This document shows positions 51,080 to 62,860 of a stretch of DNA of 64,000 bases, in pieces. The translations under genes were made by a program, and so were the position numbers. Each line of letters starts with the position of its first letter. The first letter of the stretch is position 1. Below the pieces are notes generated by a model. It did no database searches and had not been told where the DNA came from. It was given only the letters and a program-made list of their open reading frames with translations. The stretch comes from Euprymna scolopes (taxonomy: Eukaryota): assembly GCA_053919585.1 (NCBI GenBank), contig CM132786.1; one strand, written 5' to 3'.

Positions 51080-51950
51080 CCATGTCTTTTTTCATCCAGG
51101 GTGCGTTAGCGTTTACACTATTTTCTTAAGTGTATGCTATACACATTGAATCAACTTTTTCTATCATCTACAAAATATCTCGTGCATGGCAGTCTTGCAT
51201 AAACTTATAAAAGATGGTTAGCCAATTACGATCCCATCGGCAAAGTTTGGATACTTGTTTTCTTGATGATTTAGAGTAATTCCTGATGGTACTCAACCAC
51301 GTACCCAGCTGTGTACTATTAAATGAGTTCAATGCAGAGAAATATACCAGTTCTGTGCTATGTGTAATATATCTCTACTGTTAAAAAGATTAAGAACAAT
51401 TCAATGCAGGGAATAAATGTTCATATAGAATAATAGTAATTAGGAAAAGAGGACACTAAATGTGGTCGAGATAATCGTTGTCAAAACACTTGAATTTAAT
51501 CCCTAAACTATTCGTATTGCCCATATCTCGCAGTCACCGAAATATTAATAATGATAGGCACGTGCCTATTTAAATCTTTAAGCGACAATATAAGGACAGT
51601 TGGAGGTGCAGAAAATCGAACCTAGCGGTCAAATGATGATCGGGCGACAGTCGTTCCGAGATGCAATAACAATTAAAGTGCTCGAGATACACACACGATT
51701 TAAGACGGCAATTAAGGCAACGAAAAACCTAAAAAAGATCAATTTAATCTTCGATTTGCTTACTCGCATGTACAATCGAAGACACCCGCCTGTCCAGCGC
51801 ACCCTGGCATCCGTCACCATGCGGCACATATCCTTAAACCTCACTGGCCAAGTTTTGTTACCAGGCATAATCACATCGCGTACACATGTCTGATAAGTTT
51901 TTGTCTTGGAGCACAATGGTTACGCTCTGTGAAAACAAAATTAATGGCAG
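51080..51950 (-). mobile_element. Possible decayed CR1/L2-like endonuclease region
   Basis: DVIM...KTW, D.RV..GGCLRLYMR (ORF 51629-51916) and a downstream NAPWM resemble APE-domain motifs. Confidence 0.4.
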
Positions 51951-52157
51951 AGATCTAATAGTCATATCAGTAAAACGAAATGTTTCCAGATACAAGACCC
52001 TTCTTATCAGCATCTATCAAATAAAAAACTAGAAACATTTACGGAGGTTATTCGAAAGGGACTGATCTAGCATGCTTTGTCGGAGATGTTATAAAACCCC
52101 ATTAATCCCATAATGTTATATGCTTCTCTATATATAACGAGTGTATGTAACAGTTTA

Positions 52158-52159
<2 letters not shown>

Positions 52160-52213
<54 letters not shown>
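52160..52213. repeat. (TA)n microsatellite
   Basis: Read directly. Confidence 0.95.
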
Positions 52214-52215
<2 letters not shown>

Positions 52216-54934
52216 CCTTTAAGTGTTTACATGTTTATTAAATGTATATATCGGGTATATATTTTTATTCTGTCTGTGACACCACTTTTTCTAGGTGTAA
52301 ATAACATTTACTATCGTATTTTCCTTGCTATCGACTTTAATTAATCACAGTATCTAATCACGCTACTATGTTCTGGGAATCAAAACAAAAAAAAAACCCT
52401 TATATCACTATCTCCCGTGGTCAGCCACCTCTTCCCCAGCTACACAAGGCACATGTCATCGTAATAATTCACTCGGACTTCCAAGCTTTTGAATCCTAGC
52501 AACCCCGACAGAGTTCCTCAGAAAACATCAAATTCTCTAATTATAACCTTAACTTCCACAGTGCTGGACCTGAACAGCGCTTTTTAATCCTTTACTATCA
52601 TTTCCTTGTAACATGTGCGATATTTAACAATACCCTTACCGAAGCGCACTGGAATAAATAAAAACTAGAATTATTCCACATACATACTCCTGGGAAAGCC
52701 TTTATATTGTACATCGGTATAATTTACACTTGGGACCTCATTTCATCTATTAAATTTTACATAATTGCTATCTGTTATTCTGATTTCTTTCTTACGTCTC
52801 ATCTCCTCTGAATACTTGGCAACATATTTGCTCCATTTGCCATTATAACCGTCCGCCAACGATACACTATGTTTGGGGTATATAGTTCGCGAAACAATGG
52901 GTTTACAAGTGTGAAGCTCCCAATATTCTGCTTCACGTTGACTCTACGCCAGAATAAAAAAAAAACGAAATGACAGCAATATATTTTCGCGAATTACTTC
53001 GAAACAATAAAATAATTTTTTTCCACTATAACATGTTCATATTTATCTCTTAACATTAAATTATCCGTTAACCCTTAATTTCTTTTACTTTATTCATTAT
53101 CCGTTTCTTTCCCAATTTAATTGATATAGAGCGTGCATGTTTCAAAAAACAAAGGCATACATACATCATCACATCACAACATTACATAACACAATGCTCA
53201 AATAACATTCAGGAATATGAATAAACAAAAAATGCCTTACAGTATACCACAAAAGTCAAACACTTTTTACGCTTATGCAGCAATAAAACAAATAAACAAA
53301 AACTAAAACTTTAACACAACAAAACACAAAAAGATAGACTAAATATTTTGTTTCTCAAAAACACAAAACACTTTTATAGAACCCCGGAATACGGTAGCTC
53401 TGAGATACTGTTTTCTTATTGTACAATATAAAATACGATGTTTTGCCGGCCCCTGGTAATGGTATCTGGCCCGCCTTACGATGTTTTGTATAATGTCATT
53501 TAATTATATACATGTGTATTATATACTGAAGTATATTTTGTTACTAATTTTTGATGTCATATCTTGGGGTTCTACTATATGAACTTACTGAGAGGCCGGA
53601 GGTTTTTTCCTGTGTACCGGCGATTGTTCAAATTTACACAAAATAGCACTCCATTTTCATAATCTCATGATATTACAAAAATCACATTATTACAAAAGAT
53701 TTGATTACACAATAGCTAGTTTTATCTTACTTTGCGTTTGATTGGCAACCAAACAATCATTGAAACAAAGAAAAGTAACAATTTAGCCGAACATGTGTAT
53801 TTTTTCTTTATACTTTTGACAATTCTGTTTTGCGATATATATTTTTTTTCTTTTTTCGTTAGTCGAAATATATTTTTTTCAGTTAATGACTTAACATGCA
53901 GGTTGTGGCATATTGCTTCTTTTCACTTACTTTACGTTTGTTACATTTGTGTGTACATAAACTTGTATTTTTTTATGCGTTCCTAGTTTAACATTTAAAA
54001 TATTGTTTCTTTACCTAAAATCGACACCTTTAAATCTCATTTTCTTTTTCATTTTAGCGTTGTTGTTTTTTTTTTCATTTACAGCTATCTTTATCGTTCA
54101 CATTAACGTTTTTTAGTGTAACTTAGGTTAAATCGCATCGATGACGCAAAGGTGTCAACGAGCAACAAAGTGAATATGTTGTATACTCGTTTATATATTA
54201 CGAGTGTATATAAAATGTTACTTCTATGTATAAATGTTCATGTGATGATGTATCTTGCGAATGTATTTAAGATCTGTATATTTATAAGTGTGTTTTTGAT
54301 CATCTAAAGTTCTTGTGTATCGATGTATTCGCATATACAGTTTAACGGATATATACATTTACCACAAAAAGGGCGGTTAAATGTTCTCTGGGATTTAACA
54401 TAGGCTAATATGAAAACATACCTATTTTATCTTGGTCTTGTTTTGACTGTCTTGGTAAAGCTGCAAGAAAAATCATCCCAAAGAAACCCGAAGGCTTGGT
54501 CGTATTTTCAGGATTTTATACCGGCTGTATCTCCAATGCAAAGCTGAACAGTTCTACATGCCTTACATCTGATCCCTCGCTCCCCTGAGTTCTCTCAGCT
54601 ATTACGAGCGATCAAGTTGACTGTTTGTCTGCCTTTAACGACTGTCTCTCTCAAATTCTGACGCTCAATGTATACTATATGTGCATGTATACCGTTACTC
54701 TATCTAATTACTTCACCATTCATGTATCCAAATGATCAAAATAACCTGCTGAAATTTTCCTATTTTTTTAGTTAAAAATTGAGGGTCAGCTTGGATTTTA
54801 AGGGACATATTGTTTTTTAACATTCATTTCCATTAAAATATTTTCCCTGAATATTTTCCCTTATATAATATTTAACAATTTTGATAGTAATAATCTATCA
54901 GAGTATCTAGCGTTGCACTGGCTCGTTAATATAA

Positions 54935-56082
54935 TCTTCTATATATGTATATATATATAAAAGCGAAAATGTATGTATGTATGTGTGTATGTGTATATGT
55001 TTGTATGTTTGTGTGTCTGCTAAAAACTTTCGAAAGACAGAAAAAAATTCATATACTCGGTATCATATTGAAGCTCCATCCTTCGCCCGAAAATATCGAA
55101 AAATTGGCCAAAAACGTTCATTTTTTCACCCCGAAATCGACAATTTTCGACAGGGGAGGGGGCCAACAAAAACCCTCCTCTCGTGACGACGACCGGTTCT
55201 ACGCATGCGTAAGATGACGTCATGACTTGATTTACTTTAAATAGTTGAAGAACTCACCAAATTTCATATACGTCGTGTTAGCTCAGTTATCTAAACGTTT
55301 TGGGTTCGAATCATGGTGTGAAATGTCTTTTTTTTTTTCGATTTTTTCAATTTAAATATTGAACCAGTGTTATTTAAGACATTTTTCGCGTAACGTTCGT
55401 TTTTCTGTTTTTTTTTTTTTACTTCGCTTATTCTTAACGATACCAAAAAACACCCGGGTACCCACCGATATTTTAAATTTTAATATCGAAACAGGCTTAT
55501 TTAAGCCATTTTTCACGTGTTTTTTTGTTTTTATTTTTCATAAGTTTTAACGTTCGTTTTTCTGTTTAATTTTTGTTTTTGTTTTTTTACATTTAACATC
55601 GTTCGTTTGCCTTACGTTAGGTTTTTTTCGATGTTTTAATTACCCCCCGCTTTATTTTTCAGATAAGTTTTAACGTTCGTTTTTCTGTTTTCTTTTTTTA
55701 CTTCGCTTATAACAAACAAACCTGGTCATTGACCTCATTAAAAATGTTCACGCAGAAAATGTTAACTGCTGAATAGCTATTGCTTACGTCGTCGTCGTCG
55801 TCGTCGTCGTCGTCGTAACGTTCGCACAAAATGTTAACTCTACGATTTCCGTGCGGGCGCCTGTCAATGTTGTTCTTACTTAAATAAATTCAAACATCTT
55901 TCAGTAACTCATTCTGGCTGGACAAACGTTCATGTATTTCACATTTTATTTTCCAACTTCGCCTCAGGGCTTCGGGTTCGATCCTACCAACTTACCAAAA
56001 CTGTTACCCCCCTCCGGTTTCGTTTTTATTTAAGAGCACACACACTTCGAAACACCCGGGCAACTCCGGGTACCCCTGCTAG
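54935..56082 (+). mobile_element. Non-autonomous Helitron-like unit 1 (1148 bp)
   Basis: 5' A|TCTTCTATAT...AAAAGCGAAAATG, (GT/GTAT) tract, 3' hairpin CCCGG-GCAACT-CCGGG (56055-56070), then CTAG (56079-56082). Contains (GTC)n at ~55787-55815. Confidence 0.85.
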
Positions 56083-56962
56083 TCTATATATATATAAAAG
56101 CAAAAATGTGTGTATGTATGTATGTGTGTTTGTGTGTCCGCTAAAAACTTTCGACTGGCGGAACAAAAATTAAGAAACTTGATATCATATTGAAGCTCCA
56201 TCCTTCGCCCGAAAAATATCGAAATATTGGCCAAAAACGTTAATATTTTCACCCTGAAATAAACAATTTTCTACAGGGTGGTCAAAACCGTCCTCTCATT
56301 ACGAGATCGGTTCTACGCATGCATCAGATGACGTCATGCCCTGATTTAATTTAAATAGTTGAAGAGCTGACTAAATTTCATGTGTGTCGTGTTAGCTCAG
56401 TTGGTTAGAGCGTTGGTTCATTATCTAAACGCTGTGAGTTCGAATCGTGGTGAGCGATGTCTTTTTTTTCGATGTTTAAAATTTAAATATTGAAGAACGT
56501 TTTTTAAGCCATTTTTCACGTAACGGTGTTTTTTCTGGGTTTTTTTTTACTTCGCTTATTCTTAGGTTTTCATTAACATCCCACCCCCGACCGACCACAC
56601 ACACCCAAAAACACCGGGTACCCACCGATTTTTTAAATTTTATTATCGAAACAGACTTATTTAAGCCATTTTTCCCGTTTTTTTTTTTTGGTTTGTTTTT
56701 CTGTTTTCTTTTTTGTTTTTTCGATTTTTAAATTTAACATTGTTCGGTTGCCTTTCGTTAGTTTTTTTTGTGTGTTTTATGCTTATGTTTTGATTACCAC
56801 CCACACCCACCGCCTGGGTACGCCTCCCGCGTTCGTTTTTCTGTTTTCCTTTTTTGTTTTTGTTTTACTTCGCTTATTCTTAGGTTTTCATTAACACCCC
56901 ACCCCGCCCGACTACACACACCTCCAAACATTCGGGCAACGCCGGCTACCCCCCCCCGCTAT
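56083..56962 (+). mobile_element. Non-autonomous Helitron-like unit 2 (880 bp)
   Basis: Begins TCTATATA...AAAAGCAAAAATG directly after CTAG and ends CGGGCAACGCCGGCTACC...GCTAT. Confidence 0.85.
56386..56469 (+). pseudogene. tRNA-derived (Met/Ile-like) sequence with A box, B box and oligo-T; also present at ~55273-55338 (internally deleted) and ~57281-57364
   Basis: TAGCTCAGTTGGTTAGAGC (A box/D arm), TTCATTA (CAT at the anticodon position), GAGTTCGAATC (B box), T8 run. The T and acceptor stems pair poorly, so it is not a functional tRNA. Confidence 0.75.
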
Positions 56963-57544
56963 TCTTCTATAAATATAAAAGCGAAAATGGGTGTGTATGT
57001 ATGTACGTATGTGTGTGTGTTTGCGCGTACGCTAAAAACTTTCGTCAGACGGAACATAAATTAAAAAACCTTGGTATCATATTGAAGCTCCACCCTCCGG
57101 CCGACAAATGTCGAAAAATTCGCCAAAAACGTTAATTTTTCACCCTAAAAGCAACAATTTTCCACAGGGGGGTCAGCAAAAACCGTCCTCTCATGACGTG
57201 ATCAGTTCTACGCATGCGTCAGACGACATCATGACCTTGTTGAGTTTAAATATTTGAAGAACTGAATATATTCCATGTTTGTCGTGTTACCTCAGTTTAT
57301 TAGAGCGTTGGTTCATTATCTAAACGTTTTGGGGTTCGAATCGTGGTGTGAAATGTCTTTTTTTCGATATTTTAAATTTAAATATTGAAGCAGGGTTATT
57401 TAAGCCATTTTTCACGTAACGTTGGTTTTTCTGGGTTTTTTTTGCTTTTATTTCATTTATTCTTAGGTTTTCATTAATACCCCCACCCCTGCCCGACCAC
57501 ACACACCGAAAAACACCCTGGCAACGCCGGGTACCCCTCGCTAG
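56963..57544 (+). mobile_element. Non-autonomous Helitron-like unit 3 (582 bp, simplest form)
   Basis: Begins TCTTCTATAAATATAAAAGCG and ends CCCTGGCAACGCCGGG-TACCCCTCG-CTAG|T. Confidence 0.88.
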
Positions 57545-57773
57545 TACTGCAATAAAAGATAAATGTGTAAATAGATTGGTATATTAGAGAAAGGTGATAT
57601 TCTGATGATATAGATCTCATTGTGTTAATCAATAAAGTTGGCTTGACTTTCCTGATTGAGAGAAAACGACGTTTGCAAATAAAATTGAACGTAAAAATAA
57701 GAAATCAAAATATGAAGTAGGCTTTCTCCACGGCCCCTTCTTCCATTGTCTGTCAGTCTGTCTCCGTCATTGT

Positions 57774-57905
57774 NNNNNNNNNNNNNNNNNNNNNNNNNNN
57801 NNNNNNNNNNNNNNNNNNNNNNNNNNNNNNNNNNNNNNNNNNNNNNNNNNNNNNNNNNNNNNNNNNNNNNNNNNNNNNNNNNNNNNNNNNNNNNNNNNNN
57901 NNNNN
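57774..57905. other. Assembly gap (132 N)
   Basis: Run of N. Confidence 1.
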
Positions 57906-59408
57906 CAAAGAGTTAAGAAATAGATAGATATAAAGATACATAGACTTTTAAGATCTCAGAAATATCGCATAATAGCAGTGAATAGTAAACGCCATGAAAC
58001 AAAGAGACGATCACATTAATGGGCATTTATACACGGATAATGGCGTGCACTCAAGGGAAAATCAGATGACAAGTAAGCGATATTCAATAGATGGCGGATG
58101 TAAGTGCTGAAACACAATGTGTCGAATTTTTACGTATATTTCAATGGACAGCTTTTATGAAGAAGCAACTAATCTTCTCTGCATTGAGCGTGCAACTTTC
58201 CGCTCTGTTCATCCCGTCTTCCATTTACGGTAATTAACAAATGTAAATAACAAAACCATGTGTAGAATATTCGTGACTGCGTTTAAAGCACGGTTACTAT
58301 GTGTAGGTGGGCAACCCTGTCGTAGTACAAATTACATCTTCTCTAGTTAATGCAACCAATTGCATCGTAAAAACTTAATCTCCTCCGCAATACAATTATA
58401 TTTAGTTGAAAGAATTTAGTACTATCCCACTTGCCCATGAAGATTTATTATTAAATGTCACTTAGTCTTTGTTTCATTGGCTTTAATTATATTGTTTAAA
58501 TCAGTTTAGTTTAAAGCACGCTGTAGAAAAATGGAAAGCATAAAAAATTCTAACACTCCATACTTTCAGCTCAAACCTATTTTTACAAAATAATCATTTT
58601 CAGTTCAGGAACTTACTGAGCAATTTATTGATAAACATTATAATTGGGATAGTTGATCAAATGAAAGTAGGATGGTTATTGTCCAGTTGATCTGAAAGAC
58701 ATTCAGTATTACACTTACTTGACGAACACCAAAGTAGAACCCAATATTAGCAGATGACGATAAAAGAAAGATTGTTGAGCATTCAGTTGTTAAACTTTAT
58801 GAATAGTAAGGCAAAGCCTCAGTCAATTTGGATCAAATATGATTACATTGGAAAATAATTTAAGAATTTATTTATTTGCAGAATATTATCCTCATCTTTT
58901 ATGGTTGTTGTTTTAACGACGTTTTCGCCAACTATTCTCCTGGCTTTCGTCAAGTTGTTAAATTTTCAACTGTATCCTTAGTAATGGCTGTTCCATAGCG
59001 GTTGTTGTCTCACCACACTTTGGCAAACTAATTCGCTGACCGGCTTTGGGTAGGATTGAAACCGCTATCTACAGACAATGGTCAAGTGTAACTAGAGATT
59101 CAAAGTTGCGCTACTGTCAATAATAATTTAATATAAACTAATAATTATATTGCCAATCGTATACGTGACATTTTCAGGACATGTACACAGTATACTTTTG
59201 TAGAGCACTCCAGTTAATAGTTAATTTTATTTGGAAGATGTGCATCTCATAAGAGTGTTTGTCTTCTAAAGGCGTTAAAGTTTAGTTTCTATAATATTAA
59301 TATAACAAATGACAATGAAATTCTCTGAATTGACCTTTTCTTGTTTTAAATTAAGATATCGTTGCCCAAAATATTTCCATATTGAATTAGAAAATACATT
59401 TATTTAAA

Positions 59409-59415
<7 letters not shown>

Positions 59416-59468
<53 letters not shown>
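59416..59468. repeat. (TA)n microsatellite
   Basis: Read directly. Confidence 0.95.
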
Positions 59469-59470
<2 letters not shown>

Positions 59471-59934
59471 CTAATTTACTTAGATTATATTTAATTTTCA
59501 CAATTTGTATATATCTGTTAATATGCTTTATGTATTCCTCTATATGTATGTGATTCTATTGTAGTATAACATTTTTGCCGGTCTTATAACATTAGGTATA
59601 TCTAAATTATGATTTTAACTTCTTGCTTATTGGCTGTATATTTTCCACGATTTATTTTCTCCATTTATTTTAAAGGTTCTGATTATAATTATTATTCTAT
59701 AATGTTTTCATTCTAATTTGTAATGCGAGTTTCTTAGGTGTGATTCTAAAATAGTCATAATTAAATTTCAAATTCTTAACATATATATTTAAAATTACAA
59801 GTTATATATATGATTATACGTTCAGCTTACGCATGTAGTAATTTATAATATACAAAAATGCCTTATTTTTGCATTTCACTAATTTCAAATCATGACTAAA
59901 AAAAGTGTTATTATTGTATAATTATTGCTATCTT

Positions 59935-59935
59935 A

Positions 59936-60006
<71 letters not shown>
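59935..60006. repeat. (TAT)n microsatellite
   Basis: Read directly. It explains the poly-Y and poly-I ORFs. Confidence 0.97.
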
Positions 60007-60010
<4 letters not shown>

Positions 60011-62189
60011 TTTTTAATATTTGTAATAGTATTAAAAAATCGTGGAAAATATCCAGCCAGTTTTATAAGTATAAATGCCTTCATTGAAACAAAGAAACGA
60101 TCCGGAAAATGAAGAAAGAAAATTCCAGTCAGAACGCCACCAAGGGTGAAGAGGTCAAGCTGTCTTCTGGGGGAGGAAGGAGCCACATAGCACATCCAAC
60201 ATCTCAGGTATGCTTTTCTTCTTATAGAACCTAACGACGGCTATCTTCATATCTTCCCAAGACCGCTTTAAGACATTTACTATAACACGTCTGTCGGTCA
60301 CACCTCAGTGACCGGCTTATAGTGGTATACACCTAAAGTTATTTATAATACATTTTTTACGCGCAGATATAAAAATCTTTAAAATTTTAATCTATTTTTT
60401 TTAGTAATACTGCCAATTATTATGAAAAAAAACTATTATACTAACATAATATTTTATTAAGAGATTTGTCAATTTGCTTTTTTTTCAAATGTCGATGTTA
60501 TAATTTGTCAAAGACTTATTTGAACCCAACCTACTGTCAGAACACTACTTAACGCTGGCTTCTGTCACCTTTCACTTCATCATTATACATACGAGATAAG
60601 AATCTTTTCTATTTGAGGAGGGAATTTTTCTTTTTGTTTTTTTTCTTTGTGTTGTTTATGTTTTGTTGGTTGTTTTTTTCTCTATACTTTAAATGGTGTA
60701 TAATTAATTATTTTATTCTTATTGTTCATTTTTCCTATTATTCTTATATATTTGTTTGTAAATATTTTCTTCCTTTTTTCTGTTTCTTTTTTTCACTTGT
60801 TTAATCACTATTAATTTATTTTGTCTCAGAATATAGTGTGATTGACTTCTTTATCAGGATCTTCTATGAACTTTTCAATTTTACCCTTCAAAAGTAATAT
60901 CAAAAACCTAATAGTCAGCCGTCGTTCATGCTAGAATTTGTCACTGACCTTTCGCAAAGAAACTTCGATTTCCATCGCTTTCAACGAAATAGATGTTTTG
61001 AAACTAAATCCGCCTTTCGGATTGCCAGCAACCACTGCAAAAGAAGATTTAAAAACGCGAGAGATTCTTACAGTAAGTCCGTAAAGTAGCTGAGTAGCGG
61101 TTCAGTTTCAACAAATTTTGGTGAATTACAAACAGGGTCCTGAACAGATGCGTTTTCTCTATTCCAACTATCATAAATAGACATGAGGTAATATTGTCAG
61201 TATTCGTGAAAAAAACCCATTGCGAAAAACTTTGTACCAAATTTTACCCTTTGCGATAATGTCTACTTACCACCAAAACTTGACATTACGACTTAAAATG
61301 CGTTATTCGACACAAAATATATGTGTGTGATATTGTCACGCTAATTAAAAACCTTAATTTCAGTAACACTACTGTTTATGACAGTATTCTAAACATAGTG
61401 CCCCAAAAAATTGAAACCGGAACCAGTTCCCGTTCTTAGAAGGCTGTTTAAATATTACATTAAGGAAAAATACATCCCAACATTTTGAAAAAAACTCAAT
61501 CAGTCTGCCCTGTATTTAAAAAAATTATCAATTATCGGCTTTTCAGTACAGACCAATCAGAATCCTGTGCGTCATGAGTAATTTGCTGGGATTTATGTAT
61601 ATTATAGAAGTGGTCAATTACCTAAGCTAAAATACCGTATTCAACGACATGCAATATGGGTTCTGCTCTGCTTATGTGCGTACTGTAATATCACACAGGA
61701 TTAGTGTACTGTTTGATTGGGCTGTGTTTTTAGAGCAACATATCTTTACATATTAAAAGGTTTTGATGGGAAATGGCATAATAGTCTACTTCACAGAAGG
61801 GTCTACTAAGAATTATCTGGACATGTACTCTCGGTAATTGAATTATTGTTGTCTTATAGGTTTATAAGAGTAATAGCCGATAGGCAGACATCTGAGGCTC
61901 ATAGTACTAATGCTAGCGTCCCTCAGTGTAACATTTTGTGGCCCAACAGTCTGAGTTATATTCATCAATGATCTACAAAATCACATTCTTAGATCATTTG
62001 TTGAAAACACTTCAAACACGGACAATGACAAATATGTTTCTAATTCTCATATCTAACCTTGCATACGTGGTGCTATCGGATAAAAAGTGGCTAGTTATTT
62101 TTAATGCTTTTTTTCTTTCCATTCCTTACTTTCTGCCACCTATTTGCCTTATTTGAAATGAGTGGTTGCTTTCTTATAGAAGCATTATG

Positions 62190-62860
62190 TTTTTACAGTA
62201 TTTTTAAAGTGGCCTCCATGCATGATCTTAAATGGAGCACCGACGGAGAAACGGTCGGATCATGCTACCGCTTAAGTAAATAAATCAGTGATAATGCAAT
62301 CTTCTAGCTGTATAAAAATTAAAGTCCATCCAAGTATGTACTACTGTTGCCAGATATTGTAAAGGATGTGCTCGGGACACCATGTCCGGTCTTGACATAG
62401 TTCAAAACAGAATTTCAAACCGAGAAGTAGATGGCGATTTTCTCTCTACTGCAACCTATTTTTCATAAAAGTAATGTTGCGAACCTGTTTCTGTGTTATT
62501 GCTATTTTCCTGGCAAGTTCTCAGCTGAGGTTCAGTCTATGGTAAACTTTTACAAAACGCTCGATTAGCCACATCTAATAGTAAACATTCTTTCACTATC
62601 TCTCTATGCCCACATTTCAACACAGATTTCGTGAACAAAGCTTCTTTCCAAGAACTTGCCGCCTGTGGAACTTCTGTTGGCCTGCCTTCCAGCTGACTAC
62701 AATATGGTAGACTTCAAGTACGATGTAAATAAGTTAATGCTTAGCAGTCCCCTAATATAATCAAGTTACGCTGCTGTCTCGATGACTACCGTGCACTCAT
62801 TACACTTTATCTTCGAGTGGATTTTGGACTTTGATAAGTTATGATTTCTTTGTAAAGTAA
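62190..62860 (+). mobile_element. Decayed CR1(Zenon)-type 3' fragment (subfamily A-like)
   Basis: Colinear with 25570-26240: AAATGGAGCAC.., TACTGTTGCCA, CAAAGCTTCTTT..AGAAC..CGCCTGTGGAAC, and 3' UTR CTTATCTTCGAGTGG...TTGATAAG. Confidence 0.85.

Noticed and set aside
56386-56458. Functional tRNA-Met gene
   Set aside because: T-arm and acceptor stems do not pair properly, and it is embedded in a repeated mobile unit.
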